A stretch of DNA of 64,000 bases from NCBI GenBank assembly GCA_028023455.1, contig JAQFVV010000004.1, forward strand, positions 26,226,001 through 26,290,000, written 5' to 3'. Position 1 is the stretch's first letter; every line of letters starts with the position of its first letter. Below are positions 61,421 to 64,000 of this stretch, in pieces. Below the pieces are notes generated by a model. It did not search any database. It had not been told where the DNA came from and saw only the letters and a program-made list of their open reading frames with translations. The stretch is from Epiperipatus broadwayi (taxonomy: Eukaryota > Animalia > Onychophora). The translations under genes were made by a program, and so were the position numbers.

Positions 61421-64000
61421 TTCTTGGATTCAATTATGAGCTTCATTTAGGTAATAGGAAAGTTAGTTTACAATATAGTTTTGTTAAGTTTTTTTTAAAA
61501 AAAAAACTTTGTTTCAAATAAAAAAATGAAACAACTTCAACAGCAAAGTTACTTATTTACTGATTTATTATACATATCTTATGTACATATACTAAATATG
61601 ATATATACATAAAGAGTGTATATATATAATCTTACTGCAGAAGTATATTGTGATATATATATATATACATTTTAAGGCTGAAATTAATTTAAAATAAAAT
61701 TATATGTATTAAGTGAAGTACATTTACAGTACAGTTTTGGTAAACATTTTTCTTTTTTAAAAACAAAAATTTCCAATCAAAAAAAAAATTACTTTGCAAG
61801 ATATAAGATTATTTCACCTTTTTAATCACTTATGTACACATATATTATTATTTACATGTACTAAATAGGATATTTTAACTGAAAAAAAAAATAAAAGGAA
61901 AAAGAGAGGCTTTGTAATGCTTCATAAATTGAGGCACCAAGTATCTTATGGTAGATATTGAACTAGAAAATTTATGTTAATAATGCCCTAAGTTTTTCAG
62001 CAAGCTAAATCTGTAACCATACAAAATAAGACAAATTTAATTGATCTAGTTATTTTAATAAAATATTAAAACTAATGAATACTAAAATTTGTAATGGAAT
62101 AAATCTATCAAATGTGAATGTTTACTTTTATATGACTTATAAATTAAGCAAAGCCAAAATCTGAAACAACATAATAGATACAATATCAAATCTATAATAA
62201 TGTAAATAGGCTAGCTAAAATCAATAGTTCTGTACAAATGAAGTAAAACAAATTGTAATGGAATAAATTTAAATAGTATTTTTATTTAAGCTTTAATAAA
62301 AAAAGAATTCAAAATCAATATTGGAATGATGTTAAAATTTATTAATAATATTTATATACTATACAAATGTCAATCCAACTGGAGGCCAATATTGTATACA
62401 CAATATAAAATAAGATATTTGAAAATTATGACACCTATATTAATTAATAATTGATATTGACATTCATTTACAAATAACCCATTTATTACTATGTGCTAAT
62501 TTATACCATATTTAAGAAATGAAAATAAAATTATTTAAGTTTGATGATTATATAAAATTTTGTTACTATAATTTATTGACTATGTTTTATGTTTGAATTA
62601 TACCAATTAATGTTCATAAAGCATTAGTTTCATTCTTAATAATTACTAAATTTTATTACAGTAATAAAATTTATATTAATTTATTAATTAAATTTTAGAT
62701 GTTTATGTTTGCAATGAGACTCTAAATTAAGATGAGTATACCATACATCTACTAATTTAAATAAGACACTTATCTCAAATTAATAAATAACAATAATTAT
62801 ATAAAATTTATGATAATATATGTCAATATGCTTTAATAATTTAAATCAATATACTGTAAAATATTACATCTGTTGGAACTGTAAAATGGTGTGACAACAT
62901 TATACATTCTTGTTTTAACCCGCAAAGGAAATATTCATTTACTGTCTCCAATAGACAATGCATATGCAAAAAAAAAAAATATAAGAGAAAATATTAATTT
63001 GTTTCAGTTTGTCTATTGATCATTTATCAACAAACAAAACAAATTATTAAATAAAATCTATTATAATTATTTAAATATAAGTTTAGAGTTATTAATATTT
63101 TCTTTTGGTTAGTTATATATTTTTATATGTTCACTCTCATACATATACACATTAAATGATCTTTTTAAATAAAAGCAATATCAAATGAAATATAATTACA
63201 TAAATAAAAGATACAACATACATGAATAGTGATCAATATTTATCATAGAGATTTCTTCAGTTTTCAAATCACTTTTATTAAGTTTACCTGGAGAAAATCC
63301 CAACAAAAATCCATAAAGTGATATTTTAATTCCCAAAACTCATTTTTTAAAAAAAAATATCCATAATTTATTCAACAAACTAATTATTAATAATTTCTGG
63401 CAAGATTTCGCACTGTAATTGATATTAATTAATAAGTATTATTTATTCTTTGAAAAGGATTAAAGATTATGCAAATTTTTGATTACTCTATTTGATATTA
63501 AAATCTTTAGCAAATTATTTATTTCTTTGTTGACATCAGATACATATCTATAATAATTCACATAATAAATTAATTTTTTTTCCCATTTTTTTTAAATATT
63601 TCCTTTGGTAAATTATTGATATTATTATTATTTTATCTTTAGTAAATTATTGATTTGTTAGCACACAATCGTTCAATACACAGAAGTACTTTTGTTTAAT
63701 TATTGAAGTTGAAGAGAGTTAAGTAATTAACCTAAGTATTTCAGCAGATTGAAAAATTGTATATAATAGTTAATTATTGTTGTATTTATTATTTTTATTG
63801 ATATTATTCAAGCATCATATACTATATGTTGCATCATTGTCAGCATCATTATTAGACATTAATTGATTAGAAGAAAAAGAAAAGTACTTTATGTTTAAAA
63901 AAATGTTGGCTATTGTAAGAAAAAAACTTATTTGTTTTTAAAAAAAGTCTTTTTTTTTTAGTTCTCAAATTATCAAAAATAGGATAAAGGTAATAATAAT

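Overview
Very AT-rich, gene-poor eukaryotic DNA. It is probably from an invertebrate animal, inferred from Penelope-like elements (PLEs) with a C-terminal GIY-YIG endonuclease and CR1-type LINE relics. I could not establish any host gene; almost all interpretable sequence is mobile DNA. Contents: (i) a near-full-length, disabled L1/Tx1-type LINE (~12.4-20.0 kb) with a very long ORF1, plus older fragments of related elements; (ii) a near-full-length PLE with tandem pseudo-LTRs (51.3-54.3 kb), inserted into a piggyBac relic, plus several truncated or palindromic PLE copies; (iii) the 5' part of a Ty3/gypsy-like LTR element; (iv) two tRNA-derived elements; (v) two diverged direct duplications. 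The main signal is RNA-level: well over a dozen intact or decayed hammerhead-ribozyme (HHR) motifs. Canonical minimal type I HHRs sit in four small non-coding families (A-D). All four have an inverted 5' segment, three have 12-15 bp target-site duplications (TSDs), and three occur as tandem ~230 or ~410 bp units resembling retrozymes. Separately, at least three protein-coding PLE lineages carry a non-canonical HHR-like motif just downstream of the stop codon. In it the C3-G8 core pair is replaced by A3-U8 or U3-A8, with covarying stems, a 4-nt palindrome and a CUU site. Novelty relative to published HHR variants could not be checked here.
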